Below the pieces are notes generated by a model. That model had not been told where the DNA came from. It worked only from the letters and a program-made list of their open reading frames with translations, and ran no database searches. Of a stretch of 64,000 nucleotides of DNA, positions 38,545 to 50,504 are shown one piece after another. Position numbers and translations under genes: made by a program. The stretch is from Octopus vulgaris (taxonomy: Eukaryota): contig OX597829.1 of the NCBI GenBank assembly GCA_951406725.2, positions 57,970,001-58,034,000 on the forward strand, given 5' to 3'. Position 1 is the first letter of the stretch; every line of letters starts with the position of its first letter.

Positions 38545-40167
38545 ATAGTGGAGAAGATATGATATTGCTGTGGGCTTGCCCTAGGCGAGAAGTTAAAAAA
38601 TTTTTGGCCCATGACACTCCATGGACCCTAAGTAAGGCATGTGTAAAATTTGAATGAAGTTGGTTGTGTAGTTCTCAAGTCTTAGGGATTCACACAGACA
38701 GACAGACACACATTCTCACTTTTATATATATAGACGAGAGAAATAGTAATAGGAAAGAACGGAGTGATTATGAATAGTGTTGCGAATATTATTTGGCTTG
38801 AAATGAATTCTGTCGTATTTATAAGAAAGCAGACAGCTAGAAGGATGAAGGTATCAGTGGTGGTATAGTGGTGTGGGGTCGTTTGAATTGTCCGTACGCT
38901 ATGAAGGTTAGAGGTGAAGTGGATGACAATATACTTCACTTGATAAGGTAGCATGTGGTAAATATCTGTTACCATCTTCCATTGTCCCGTAGTGAGAAGT
39001 AAGTTTTATTTCCCTGTGTTGGGAATGAAATGAGAATGAGATGTAAGGCAACAATGTTTTTGAGATTCTGGTTCAAATGTAAGGCAGGTTTGAAAGTGTT
39101 CCCAACAGTTATTAGTTGTAGTGGTAGAGTGTTTATGCCGAATATGTACGTATGCATGTATATATATATGTATGTATGCCTGTATATATATATATGTATG
39201 TATGCCTGTATATATGTACAAAATCCACTGAGAAGGCTTTGGTTGGTCTGAGGCTATAGCAGAAGACACATGCTAAGTCACCACACAGTGGGACTGAACC
39301 CAGGACCATGTGTTTTGGAACGTAGTTTGTTACCACACAGCCACACCTGCCCCTATGTATGTGTGTGTGTGCGTATGTGTGTATGGTTGGATATATTATG
39401 CATGTATATATGTGTACATATTACATGTACATCTTTATATATATATATACATCTACACATAAAATACAAAATACAAAGTTATATCTTGATATCGCTAGTG
39501 ATAACAATACTCAAAATATATAATAGACTGGAATTGTTAGCCCGTCTCTTGCAATTCTGATCAATTGGATCTTGTCCTCCCTCTTGTATAGAAGTGTGGC
39601 TACAATCCAGCCTACCTCTACTTCTGGGGGACATTTTAAATTTTTATCCGGGACGTCCTACGTACCAGATATAAAGGTAAAAATAAAATATTTCCACTTT
39701 GCAAGGTTCGAGTCGAGTACTCCCTTACACGCTCCGTTGACTCGAACCTTGCTTCTATTGTGGCTAATTTACCACCTCTGGTTAGATATCTTTCATAGTA
39801 TTGTGTCCCTGTTTGGGGAAATTGACAATATTTTCACCATTTACACGGAAGTATTTTTGTTAAAATGTCTTCGATAGGAGAAAGTCCAAAAATGAATTTC
39901 GCTGCAGCTGTCAGATTCTAGCCACACTTCTATACAAGAGGGAGGACAAGATACAATTGATCGGAATTACAAGAGATGGGCTAACAATTCCAGTCTGTTA
40001 TATATTTTGAGTATTGTTATCACTAGCGATATCAAGATATAACTTTGTATTTTGCATTTTATGTATAGATGTATATATATAGATGTACATGTAATATGTA
40101 CACATATATATACACATATATACATGCACTAACACTATGACCCGGCAACGACGGGTCATAATGCTAG
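38545..40167. mobile_element. Rearranged pieces of the 6436-7987 Helitron family
   Basis: 5' end inverted at 38545-38734. Subterminal segment inverted at about 39405-39800. Forward 3' end at 39800-40167 with hairpin and CTAG. Confidence 0.8.
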
Positions 40168-40188
40168 TATAGAATAAATATTACAAAC

Positions 40189-40331
40189 CCGAATTCTTTC
40201 TCTGGCTGCTGTATGACTTTGTTTTCTAGCAATGAGGAACTGTCTCAGAGAAAAGAACATCAGTCCTAGAGATAAGGCAATCAGAAGAGGACCCATCATG
40301 GAAGCACGGGCCCCGAAGATTTTATTGAAGC
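40189..40331 (-). CDS. Two-TM PPxY protein, coding exon 2 (FNKIFGARASMMGPLLIALSLGLMFFSLRQFLIARKQSHTAARERIR)
   Basis: Acceptor ttcttgtag and donor gtttgt. 143 nt, phase 1 to 0. Encodes the second hydrophobic helix followed by basic residues. Confidence 0.85.
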
Positions 40332-40745
40332 CTACAAGAAATCAGAATAATTTTCAGTTAGTTACTTTCATGGCCCTAATCCAAAACAGAATTTAATAGG
40401 TGCATATTTAAAGAAATTACAGAGAGGTCAGTAAAATGATTTTAATGTCTACAGGAATTACAATTTAAAGGGCATGTTTGGAACACAAGCAAAGATTATT
40501 TACATTATTTACATTACTTACATTTGATGGATATTTGTCCTCATCTTGTTTGTTGTTAACACAACCTTTCGACTGATATACCCTCCAGCCTTCTTCAGGT
40601 GTCTTGGGGAAATTTCGAACCTGCGTTCTCATTCCTAATGTATTTTTCGAAATTATTATTATTATTCAGTTCTATATTTAAGAGATGAGGAATTATGTAC
40701 ATTATTTACAATTGATGGATATTTGTCAACATCTTGTTTATTGTT

Positions 40746-40791
40746 AACACAACGTTTCAGCTGATATACCCTCCAGCCTTCATCAGGTGTC
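40746..40791 (-). ncRNA. Minimal type I hammerhead ribozyme motif (sense to the host pre-mRNA)
   Basis: Reverse complement reads GACAC CUGAUGA A GGCUG...CAGCU GAAA CG UU GUGUU. Confidence 0.7.
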
Positions 40792-41149
40792 TTGGGGAAA
40801 TTTCGAACCTGGGTTCTCATTCCTAAGGAATTTTTTGATGTTATTACTATTGTTGAGGTCACTGCTTGGCATCGAACTCAGAATCTTGGGGTTAGTAGCC
40901 TGCGCTCTTAACCACTACGCCATATGCCTGTGTGTATTTATGGAATGAATTTTAGGGCTTATAAATCTAATATTTTCCTAATACCAGTTCCCATATGCTG
41001 CTCATATCTACACTCGGTCTGCTTAGGAGGTTGTTGTGTCCTAGCATATGTGCTGTTTCTTTTAGTTTTTGTATTTTCCATGGTGTTTTCTATATAATAA
41101 CATTGAAGAATATCTTATGAATGAGAACCCAGGTTCGAAATTTCCCCAA

Positions 41150-41195
41150 GACACCTGATGAAGGCTGGAGGCTATATCAGCCGAAACGTTGTGTT
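41150..41195 (+). ncRNA. Minimal type I hammerhead ribozyme motif
   Basis: GACAC-CUGAUGA-a-GGCUG(loop)CAGCC-GAAA-CG-UU/GUGUU. Intact core, and AACGUU palindrome in place of stem III. Confidence 0.75.
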
Positions 41196-41354
41196 AACAA
41201 CAAACAAGATGAGGATGAATATCCGTCGAATGTAAATAATGTACATAAATCCTCATCTCTTAAATATAGAACTGTACAAGCAGAGATTGTTATATAAATT
41301 CATGATGGAATATTTATACACCAAAATCTTACAATACTGTTCCTGCTGCTGAGA

Positions 41355-41692
41355 TCCCCTTCGGTCATGACTGACCATGGGATCGCACCTAGAAAGTTAC
41401 CCTCCCAGGCATGAGTCTCGGCAAGGTTGTTTATGGAAGACCAGCAGTCGCCCATGCCTTCCAGCCTCCCCTCTTCATGTCACCGATGTTATCCAAGGGA
41501 AAGGCAAAGGGGCCGATGCAGCTTGGCACCTGTGATGTTGCAACTCATTTCTACTGCTGAGTGAACTGGAGCAAAGTGAAGAAATAAAGTGTCTTGCTCA
41601 AGAACATAACATGCACCCTGGTCCGGAATTCGAACTCACAACCTCACGATTGTAAGCTCGATGCTCTAACCACTGAGCCATGTGCCTTCACA
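41355..41692 (-). mobile_element. tRNA-derived SINE family 4
   Basis: Minus-strand head 'GTGAAGGCACATGGCTCAGTGGTTAGAGCATCGAGCTTACAATCGTGAGGTTGTGAGTTCGAATTCC'. Copies at about 52000-52280 and 52315-52612. Confidence 0.8.
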
Positions 41693-41734
41693 TATTGTTG
41701 CTATAATACTGAGAAAAACAATACTCAAGCGAGG

Positions 41735-42468
41735 GCATTGCCAGTGCCTCTGGACTGGATCCCGTGCCAGTGGCAAGTAAAAAGCACCATTCGATAGTGA
41801 TTGTTAACAGCAACAGAAGCCAGTCAAGGCGGCTCTAGCAGTTTCAGATAGTGCTTTTGACATCCCACCGGTACAGGGGCCAGAGGAGGCTGGAAACGGC
41901 CACGATCGGTTGGTGCTTTTTATGTGCCACCAGCACAGAGGCCAGAGGAGACTGGCAGCAGCCACGATCTGTTGGTGCTTTTTACGTGCCACTGGCAGAG
42001 GGGCCAGAAGGCGCTGGTAATGGCAACAATCAGATGGTGCATTTTATGTGCCACCGGCATGGAAGCCATTCAAGGCGGCACTGGTATCGGCTACGTTTGG
42101 ATGGTGCTTTTTACATGCCACTGGCACAGGGGCAAGAGGAGGCTGGCATTTGCCATGTTCAAATAGTGCTTTTTATGTGCTACCAACACAGAAGCCAGTC
42201 AAGGCGGTGCTGGCATCGGCCACATTCGAATGGTGCATTTTACATGCCACCGGTACAGGTATCATAACTACAATTTCCATTTGATATTTATTTTGATGTT
42301 GATGTACTTGACTCAATAGGTCTCCTCAAGCACAGCAGGTCACCCTGCGATCCAAGGTAACTACAGTAGGTCACCCTATGATTCAAGGTAAGTACAGTAG
42401 GTCACCCTACGATCCAAGGTAAACACAGCAGGTCGCCCTATGCTTCAAGGAAAGTACAGCAGGTCGTT
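41735..42468 (-). mobile_element. RTE 3' UTR with a diverged ~60-67 bp repeat array and 30-bp tandem repeats
   Basis: About 7 copies of TGGTGCTTTTTA(C/T)GTGCCAC at 41850-42255, and about 4 copies of 'ACAG(C/T)AGGTCACCCT..GATCCAAGGTAA' at 42330-42465. Confidence 0.8.
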
Positions 42469-43036
42469 TCAACCAATTAATATCAAATAAAAGATTTTGA
42501 AAATTAAAGGTGTCAGATTTTCAAGGTATGTTTGAATGGGCTGGGACTGGTTATGCGAAACTAGTGTAGGATACAATCGTGAACTCACTTTATTTGCCAG
42601 GCCTTCGCAGTCACAGCAGGTTGCCCTACGATCCAGGGTAAAAAGAATATATTTAAATAAGAACAATGGCTGCAGGGTGGTCAATGTCAAATATATGTTG
42701 AGAGCTCACTGCCCAGCATTAAGGTGGCGAGCTGGTAGAAATGTTAGCACGCAAGGCGAAATACTTAGTGGTATTTCGTTTGCCGTTATGTTCTGAGTTC
42801 AAATTCCGCCAAGGTTGACTTTGCCTTTCATCCTTTCTGGGTCGATAAATTAAGTACCAGTTACGCACTGGGGTCGATGTAATCGACTTAATCTCTTTGT
42901 CTGTCCTTGTTTGTCCCCTCTATGTTTAGCCCCTTGTGGGCAATAAAGAAATTAGAAATGCTGGGCAGAGTATGTGATTGGACAGGGTTGAGGGGGGAAA
43001 AAATTTTCAAATAATAATTAAGAAAATCTGGCTTAC

Positions 43037-43211
43037 TCATCCATGTTAAAAGTCCGCCAATGGTCAACATTATTCCGGCCACAGTGCTGAAGAGAACGCC
43101 TCGTCGAAATGGTTCTTTACCGGGAATAATGGACGAAGAAGCAAAATATGTGCGCAGTGCATTTGGGCGTCGAACTCTCTGCACCATGTGGATATTAGCC
43201 GAATGGAACAT
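43037..43211 (-). CDS. Two-TM PPxY protein, first coding exon (MFHSANIH...GVLFSTVAGIMLTIGGLLTWM); whole protein 257 aa
   Basis: accATG at 43211, donor gtaagc in phase 1, exon acceptor ttcatttacag at 43303-43304. All four exons splice in frame. Confidence 0.85.
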
Positions 43212-43397
43212 GGTATTGCTTGAGATGGCTGGTCAATAAGGTTGTGCTGCTGCTGCTGCTGCTAACCAGACATCAGCAGAATTAAACGGGAATTAGTTTG
43301 ACCTGTAAATGAAAAGATAACAAGAGATAATATTGTAGAATAACAAAGATTAGATATTAAATCAAAATCCATATATATATGTGCATCATTTTTATAA

Positions 43398-43770
43398 TTA
43401 CTTCCGCCAAGGAAGGAGGTCGTGTTTTCATTGTCGTTGGTTTGTCCGTCTGTCTGTCTGTGTGCAACACAACTCAAAAAGTTGTAAACAATATTTGACG
43501 AAACTTGCAGGAGAGGTTAATAATGACACAGGAAACAGATAATGAAAGTTTGGTAGTGATCCGTGAATTTTTATGGATTCTAGAAGGATTTTTACCTCCG
43601 CCAAGGAAGAAGGTTATGTTTTCACTTGTGTTGGTTTGTCCGTCTGTCTGCAAAATATCTCTGAAAATAGTATTTGATAAAACTTGCAGGAAAAGTTGTT
43701 AATGACACAGAGAACAGATAATGAAGTTTTGGTAGTGATCCAGTCATTTTTATGGATTTTAGAAGGAATT
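43398..43770 (+). mobile_element. Two tandem HINE/DINE-like (Helentron-associated) element heads
   Basis: 'TTAC(C/T)TCCGCCAAGGAAG(G/A)AGGT..TGTTTTCA...GTTTGTCCGTCTGTCTG' at about 43398 and about 43592. Confidence 0.6.
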
Positions 43771-43989
43771 TTCATTTGTTATATATCCTTTACATGAAGG
43801 ATTACTATTACATTCTTTGATTATCTCCCTTGAAAAGACATTCATCTTTCCACGTAACCTATGGTGGTGTTGTAGTTTCCAAATTTTATTTTTATTTCTC
43901 TATTAGTAATTTTACTCGCGCATCTATCTTAAAATGAGCTTCACGGAAGTCAGCATTCTCCAAGTTCTTTTCTACTTCTGTATTACATA

Positions 43990-44483
43990 CCATAAATCTT
44001 CGAGAATAATCCGCCCTTGAGTATAATACGCAGGGGATTTTTAGGGGGCTGTACTTCTGAAAAACTTAAACCTTGTGTATAATACGCACCCCTTCTCTAA
44101 CTTGAGTTGTGCGTAATTAAGCCAGCAGCATCAAGTCGAACAAACACTTCCACGCATGCATAATACATGATGTTCTTAACTGTTATATGGGAATGTAAAT
44201 ATGTTTGCAAATTGTTTTTGTTACATGTTATTCTGTGTTCTGAACACTTTTATTTTAATAAATGTTGCTTACTGCAAGCTATGGATGATTCTTTTATGAC
44301 TTCATTGCTTTCAGGCTTAGCTAAAGGTATTTTTGTGCCCTGCATCACAAAATGTGTCTGAATAAACATTGCCAGACAGCAAATAGAGACTCGGACATTG
44401 CTTAGAAAATATTTTTCATTTTTAACCCCGTATATAGTACACACTAGGGATTTTGAATACGGATTATACTCAAAGATTTACAG
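43990..44483. mobile_element. Second copy of the Tigger/pogo-like MITE
   Basis: Colinear with 1517-2025. TIR-like ends are present. Confidence 0.8.
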
Positions 44484-44518
44484 TCCGTGAGATCTATTAA
44501 TCTTTACTTTTTTCTCAC

Positions 44519-44611
<93 letters not shown>

Positions 44612-45030
44612 TAGGTGTAGGAGTGGCTGTGTGGTAAGTAGCTTGTATACCAACCACATGGTTCCATGTTCAGTCCCACTGCGTGGCACCTTGGGCAACT
44701 GTCTTCTCCTATAGCCTCAGGCCGACCAAAGCCTTGTCAGTGGATTTGGTAGATGGAAACTGAAAGAAGCCCATCGTATATATGTATATATGTATACATG
44801 TGTATATGTTTGTGTGTCTGTGTTTGTCCCCCCAACATCGCTTGACAACCAATGCTGGTGTGTCTACGTCCCTGTAACTTAGCAGATCAGGAAAAGAGAC
44901 CGATAGAATAAGTACTAGGCTTACAAAGAATAAGTCCTGGGGTTGATTTGATCGACTAAAAGCGGTGCTCCTGCATGGCCGCAGTCAAAATGACTGAAAC
45001 AAGTATAAGAGTAAAGAGTAAAGTGTAACC

Positions 45031-45430
45031 ATGTCACAGACAAAAAATTCAGCACAACCGTCAGATTTTCAAAGGCGTCGTATTGTTGGGCAATCTGAGG
45101 TTGGTCTTAGCCAGTGAAAAATTGACGAAAATTTTTGAATTCTTCTTGCTACTGTTAATAGAATTATAGTGCAATTCAAAAGCCAAGGAGAAGAATCAAT
45201 AGATTCTCATCCAAGCTGACCTGGGCCCTTGGAAAGGAGGCTTTGCTGTTTGAAGGAAATTGTGGAAAACGAACCCCGTTCGAAGGCTTATGACATTGCA
45301 AAACAGCTAGAAGCTAGTCCAAGAACGTGTGTTATATATCTGCTTAAGCTTGGGTATTATAGACGAGTAGCTAGAAGAAAACCTCTCCTTCAACCAATTA
45401 ATATCAAATAAAAGATTTCGAAAATTAAAA
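45031..45430 (+). mobile_element. Tc1-like transposase N-terminal (HTH) pseudogene fragment
   Basis: 'SDFQRRRIVGQSEVGLSQ*' and 'KLGYYRRVARRKPLL' motifs, with stops and frameshifts. Confidence 0.65.
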
Positions 45431-47220
45431 GTCTATTTACTTCCTGCATGTCTGTGTAAACTCACACACATAAACAGCTCCCGCTGCCCTAATTTTTCTT
45501 AATCCATTGGTTTTCAATTATTGATGTAAATATCATATTAAATCTTGTCTAAATTGTTAATCATAATCTTTCTAACATACAGAATCACACACCATTAATC
45601 CTTGAATACACAATGCACGAAGGCCACATATATTCACACAATATTATCATTATTATCATTTTTAGATCAGTTTTTGTTTCATATATACATGGATTACACA
45701 AGAATTCTGAAAGAGACCATATTGCCATTAGCTGCAGTCCTGTGACAGCACCTTTCAGAGTTCTACCATCTTGAGATCACATTTTATGCATTTGTAAAGG
45801 CAGAAATTTATTTGTGAACATTATTATTACGAGTTGGAGTCAGCAGTCGTGACGATAAGAGTTTTGTTGGTATAATTGCATACTGTAGGATGTGAAAGAT
45901 GGGAAAGATGCATTGAAGTTTTAAGGAAATATTTATTTACTGTTACGTTACAAATATCTTGTCTCGATGGGCAGGTTTTGATACATCCAAAAGCATGCAA
46001 AGTAAAGTTTGTGTTTGTGTCCTCTTCATTGTTTAGTAGTAAACACAGAGAGAGATAGAATGATGTTGTAAGAGAACATAATTAGAGCTAGAGAGAATTG
46101 TAGAGTGTTGTCTGACAGTTGCTGGCAGTAAACTTCATTTCTCCCTCTGACCAATGTTGGTCAGCCAGACCACATTGAGTCATCACAGAGTGGTGACTAA
46201 CTGATTTTTGCTTGAGATGTGCTTGCTTTTATTAAGATCCAGAAGGATAGATATATCATTGAGAACAATAGATTTAGTTGGTGGTCTTGTTATCTCTATT
46301 CTAGCTTTTGGTGAAGTAGAAGAGGTTAGAAAGGGTCAAGTGGTGAAGGCATTATTTCGGCTTAGCTAAAGGCATCTGGAAAATGTAAAACTGCTGTCAG
46401 AGAAAAACCATTGTTCCACCGTGGGAACAGTTCTGTTGCAGTGTTAATTTAAATTTGGCTGTGGTGGATCGAATCCACTTCAAGCATGCAAGATTCACTA
46501 CACATCTATTATTTAATTTTCCTCTCAGCTCCTTCACACTCCATAATTTATTCATATTGATATTAAACAACCAGCAAAGCATACGTATCTTATTTCATTT
46601 CTACATGCAATATTATGCTTTCTACACATAATATCCAAGAATTCGCCCTTCATTTTCAAGTCGAAATCTGTTGCCAGCTGATCTAAAAAATGGTCTTTGA
46701 CCTTCTCCTGTTTAAACAGTGAATAAGTGAAATTGTTAGGGTGACAGGTATGGTGGGTTGTACTATTTACATTATTTACAATTGATGGATATTTGTCCTC
46801 ATCTTGTTTGTTGTTAACACGTTTCGGCTGATATATCCTTCAGCCTTCATCAGGTGTCTGGGGGAAATTTTGAACCTGGGTTCTCATTCCTAAGGTATTT
46901 TGCAATGTTAGTATTATTATTCAGTTCTATATTTAAGAGATGAGGAATTATGTATGTTATTTACATTATTTACATCCCATCAAGTAGCTGAAGGCAGACC
47001 TGTGGCTAAAACACACAGGACCCATAGACATCTGTCACATCAGGCCTACCTTCCAGTGCATGGATAAGTCCTAATATCACATGAACAATGATCCCATAGT
47101 TAACAATTAAATAACTTCTGATGGCACCTCTGTTTTGGATAACAACATCGATGATGGTGGTGGTGAGGCCCCAACTCAGTAGTTTTGGTGAAAATGAAGT
47201 TAGAATTTATTCACAATTAA

Positions 47221-48060
47221 CCCCTTAGTAGATTATCCCGAGATTACTCATGCATTGCAAATGTATCTTTTTTAGAGCCAGACAAGTATACTCGGTCAAA
47301 ATTAACTTTTAATTTTAGTACTCAAACGAGTTTATTCGTTTTGTGTCGTTTCATTTTTGAGCAATCACGAATTTACTCGCGTTGTTTAAAAAAAAAAGTA
47401 TTTTATCATTTGATGGATTTGGCTATCTGGAATAATTATGTTTTGTATAAAGCATCTTTGGAAACTTCAGCTTCTGTTATGAAACTGCTGAAATTTAGAA
47501 TGCAAATAATCACCAAGATTATTGAAAAATATAGGCCCTTATTGCCTCCCACGAAACCAGGAAGACCATCATCAATCAGATTTGCCCCAGCTGGTCACTT
47601 TCCCATGGAAATACCACCAAGTGATAAGAAAAAGAACCCTTCAAGACAGTGTGCAAAATGCGCAGAGAAGAGAGATGCTAAAGGAAAGAAGATTCAAAGA
47701 GAAAGCAGATACATGTGTGATGTCTGCAAGATAACTTTGTGTGTAACTCCTTGTTTTCAAAATTATCATTCTAAATAAACTGTATATCTCATCTTTTCAA
47801 AATTTTCCTTTCATTTAAAAGCAAAACATCTTAGAAAGAAATCAAAGATCGTTAAGTTATATGTACTTTTTCAATGTCCGAGTAAACTCGCTTAAATCCA
47901 AATGAGTAAAAGTACATTTTAATTTCTATAATAAAAAATAAAGGGAACAAGATAAAAAATTTTTTTTTGTAATTAACACAGGGTATATCGTTAAAAAAGG
48001 AAATAAATAAATATACTCTGAAATGAAACGCCATGTCAAAATAATTGATCCATTAAGGGG
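47221..48060 (+). mobile_element. Internally deleted piggyBac element retaining the transposase C-terminus (ORF 47341-47778)
   Basis: TTAA on both sides and TIRs CCCCTTAGTAGAT / ATCCATTAAGGGG. The ORF has 'KKVFYHLMDLAIWNNYVLY' and the Cys-rich domain CAKC...CDVC...LCVTPCFQNYH. Confidence 0.92.
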
Positions 48061-48299
48061 TTAATCTCATCGCTACTGTGGCCTGGGGCTTTAGTTCTTG
48101 TCACGGGCTTCAGGCATGTGTCAGGTAGCAGAAGACAGACCTGTGGTTAAAAAACACAGGACTTTAAGGTCAGCTGCTGGCCCATAGACATCAGGCCTGC
48201 TCTCTAGTGTATGGACATGTCCTAATATCACATGAACAATGATCCCATGGTTTAACAATTAAATAACCTCTGAGGGCACCTCTGTTTTGGATAACGCCA

Positions 48300-48420
48300 T
48301 CGATGATGGTGGCAGTGGTGTTGATGGTGGCGGTGGTGTTGACGGTGGCGGTGGTGTTGATGGTGGCGGTGGTGTTGATGGTGGTGGTGGTGTTGATGGT
48401 GGCGGTGGTGTTGATGGTGA
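48300..48420 (+). repeat. 18-bp minisatellite (GGTGGTGTTGATGGTGGC)n
   Basis: Direct inspection, about 6 units. Confidence 0.85.
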
Positions 48421-48584
48421 AGATGATGACAACGGGTTATGATTATGCTGAAAATATAAATCACAATGTCCCTGATAACTGTAAGGACCAAAATTATAAT
48501 GATGACAGCAGAAATGATTATAATGAGAGGTCTCGGTCATTCATCATTGCCTCTGTGAGGCCCAACGTTCGAAGAATGACTGTC

Positions 48585-49153
48585 GAACGTTGGGCCTCAC
48601 AGAGGCAATGTCAAAAGACCGAGACCTTTGCAGATACGCTGTGACTGCGAAGACCCAACAAATGAAGGGAGTTCATGGTTGTATCCTACACCAGCTTCAC
48701 ATAACCAGCCCCAGCCCATTCAAAGTACCTTCGATTGCAGGATGGCCTGCTGTGCTTATCTTGGATCGTAGGGCAACCTGCTGTGCTTGAGGAGACCTAT
48801 TGAGTCAAGTACTTCAACATCAAAATAAAAATCAAATGGAAATTGTAGTTGTGATACCTGTGCCGGTGGCATGTAAAAAGAACCATCCGAATGTGGCCGA
48901 TGCCAGTGCCGCATTGACTGGCTTCCATAAAAAGCATTAACCGATCGTGTCTGATGCCAGCCTCCACTGGCCCCTGTGCTGGTGGCACGTAAAAAGCACA
49001 CACTACACTCTCGGAGTGGTTGGCATTAGGAAGGGCATCCAGCTGTAGAAACACTGCCAGATCAGACTGGAGCCTGGTGCAACCTCCTGTCTTCCCAGAC
49101 CCCGGTCGAACCGTCCAACCCATGCTAGCATGGAAAATGGATGTTAAACAAAA

Positions 49154-49195
<42 letters not shown>
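48585..49195 (+). mobile_element. RTE 3' end with 5' inversion and (GAT)n tail
   Basis: 48527-48572 is the reverse complement of 48584-48627. Followed by the standard UTR and tail. Confidence 0.8.
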
Positions 49196-49196
<1 letters not shown>

Positions 49197-50468
49197 GATC
49201 AATAGTGATGATGATGGTTTTGGAAATATTGGTAGTAATGATAAAAATGTACGCGTGTGTGTACATTTTACTTGTCTCGGTTATTTGACTGTGGCAATGC
49301 TGGAGCACCACCTTTAGTCGAGCAAATCAACCCCAGGACTTATTCTTTGTAAGCTTAGTACTTATTCTATCAGTCTCTTTTGCTGAACCACTAGGTTACG
49401 GGGACGTAAACACACCAGCATCAGTTGTCAAGCAATGTTGGGGGGACAAACACAGACATACAAACATACACACACACATACATGTGTATATATATATATA
49501 TATATTTGGGGAAATAGAAAGATGAATAATCTTGTTGCAGATTAAGAATGCAATAAAAGGATTTCTGTTCAATCTTCGTTCAACTCCATTTCTTCAATTC
49601 ACTAATTATATATATATATACATATATATGATGGGCTTCTTTCAGTTTCCATCTACCAAATCTACTCACAAGGCTTTGGTTGGCCTGAACCCGGAACCAT
49701 GTGGTTGGTAAGAAAGCTACTAACCACACAGCCACTCCGATGCCTATATATACATATATATATATACGACGGGCTTCTTTCAGTTTCCGTCTACAAAATC
49801 CACTCGTAAGGATTTGGTCGGCCCAAAGCTATAGTAGAAGACACTTGCCCAAGGTTCCACGCAGTGGGACTGAACTTGGAACCATGTGGTTGGTAAGCAA
49901 GCTATTTACCACACACCCACTCATACTATATATATATATATATATATATATCCATTCATCTATTGTGTGTGTGTGATGAAGGTAGAATGCAAATCCTTTG
50001 ACTGACATTTTAACTTCTTGCCTTGAAGGCAACACTGGTTTTGCTACCTACTGGCTGGATTTAAAACCAACAGATCTTTCTTAATTACTGTACGCGGTGA
50101 GTGCATGCGTGTGTGTGTATGAGCGAGAGTGTGTATGTGTTTGTGTGTGTGTGTGGAAAAAGAGAGAGAAACAGAGATAAAAAGATGTGTTAATTATACA
50201 AAATCATTTGAAGTGTGCTGTATCTATTTATAAAATAATAATATGGATTTTCCTACTAACATTTCATACCTGTGTATCTACCTTTTTCTTTTTACACATG
50301 TAGGCACGGGAGTGGCTGTGTGGTAAGTAGCTTGCTTAACAACCACATGGTTCCGGGTTCAGTCCCATGTGGGGCACCTTGGGCAAGTGTCTTCTGCTAT
50401 AGCCTTGGGCCGACCAAAGCCTTGTGAGTGGATTTGGTAGACGGAGACTGAAAGAAGCCCGTTGTATA

Positions 50469-50504
<36 letters not shown>

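Larger units (their letters stand above)
40495..41275 (-). mobile_element. Non-autonomous Penelope/retrozyme-like element: tRNA-derived head, tandem 188-nt hammerhead units and one inverted unit
   Basis: tRNA-like segment at 40857-40928 (-). Hammerhead units at 40746-40791 and 40558-40603 (-) and at 41150-41195 (+). Other copies at 10351-10470 (+) and 46765-46975 (-). Confidence 0.75.

Noticed and set aside
40857-40928. Functional tRNA gene (also SINE heads at 41620-41692 and 61665-61738)
   Set aside because: The acceptor stems do not pair properly, and each head continues into a repeat body.
41850-42255. Repeat-spacer pattern resembling a CRISPR array
   Set aside because: The linkers are homologous to each other (GCCAG...GGC...CTGG...GGCCAC) and lie within an RTE 3' UTR.
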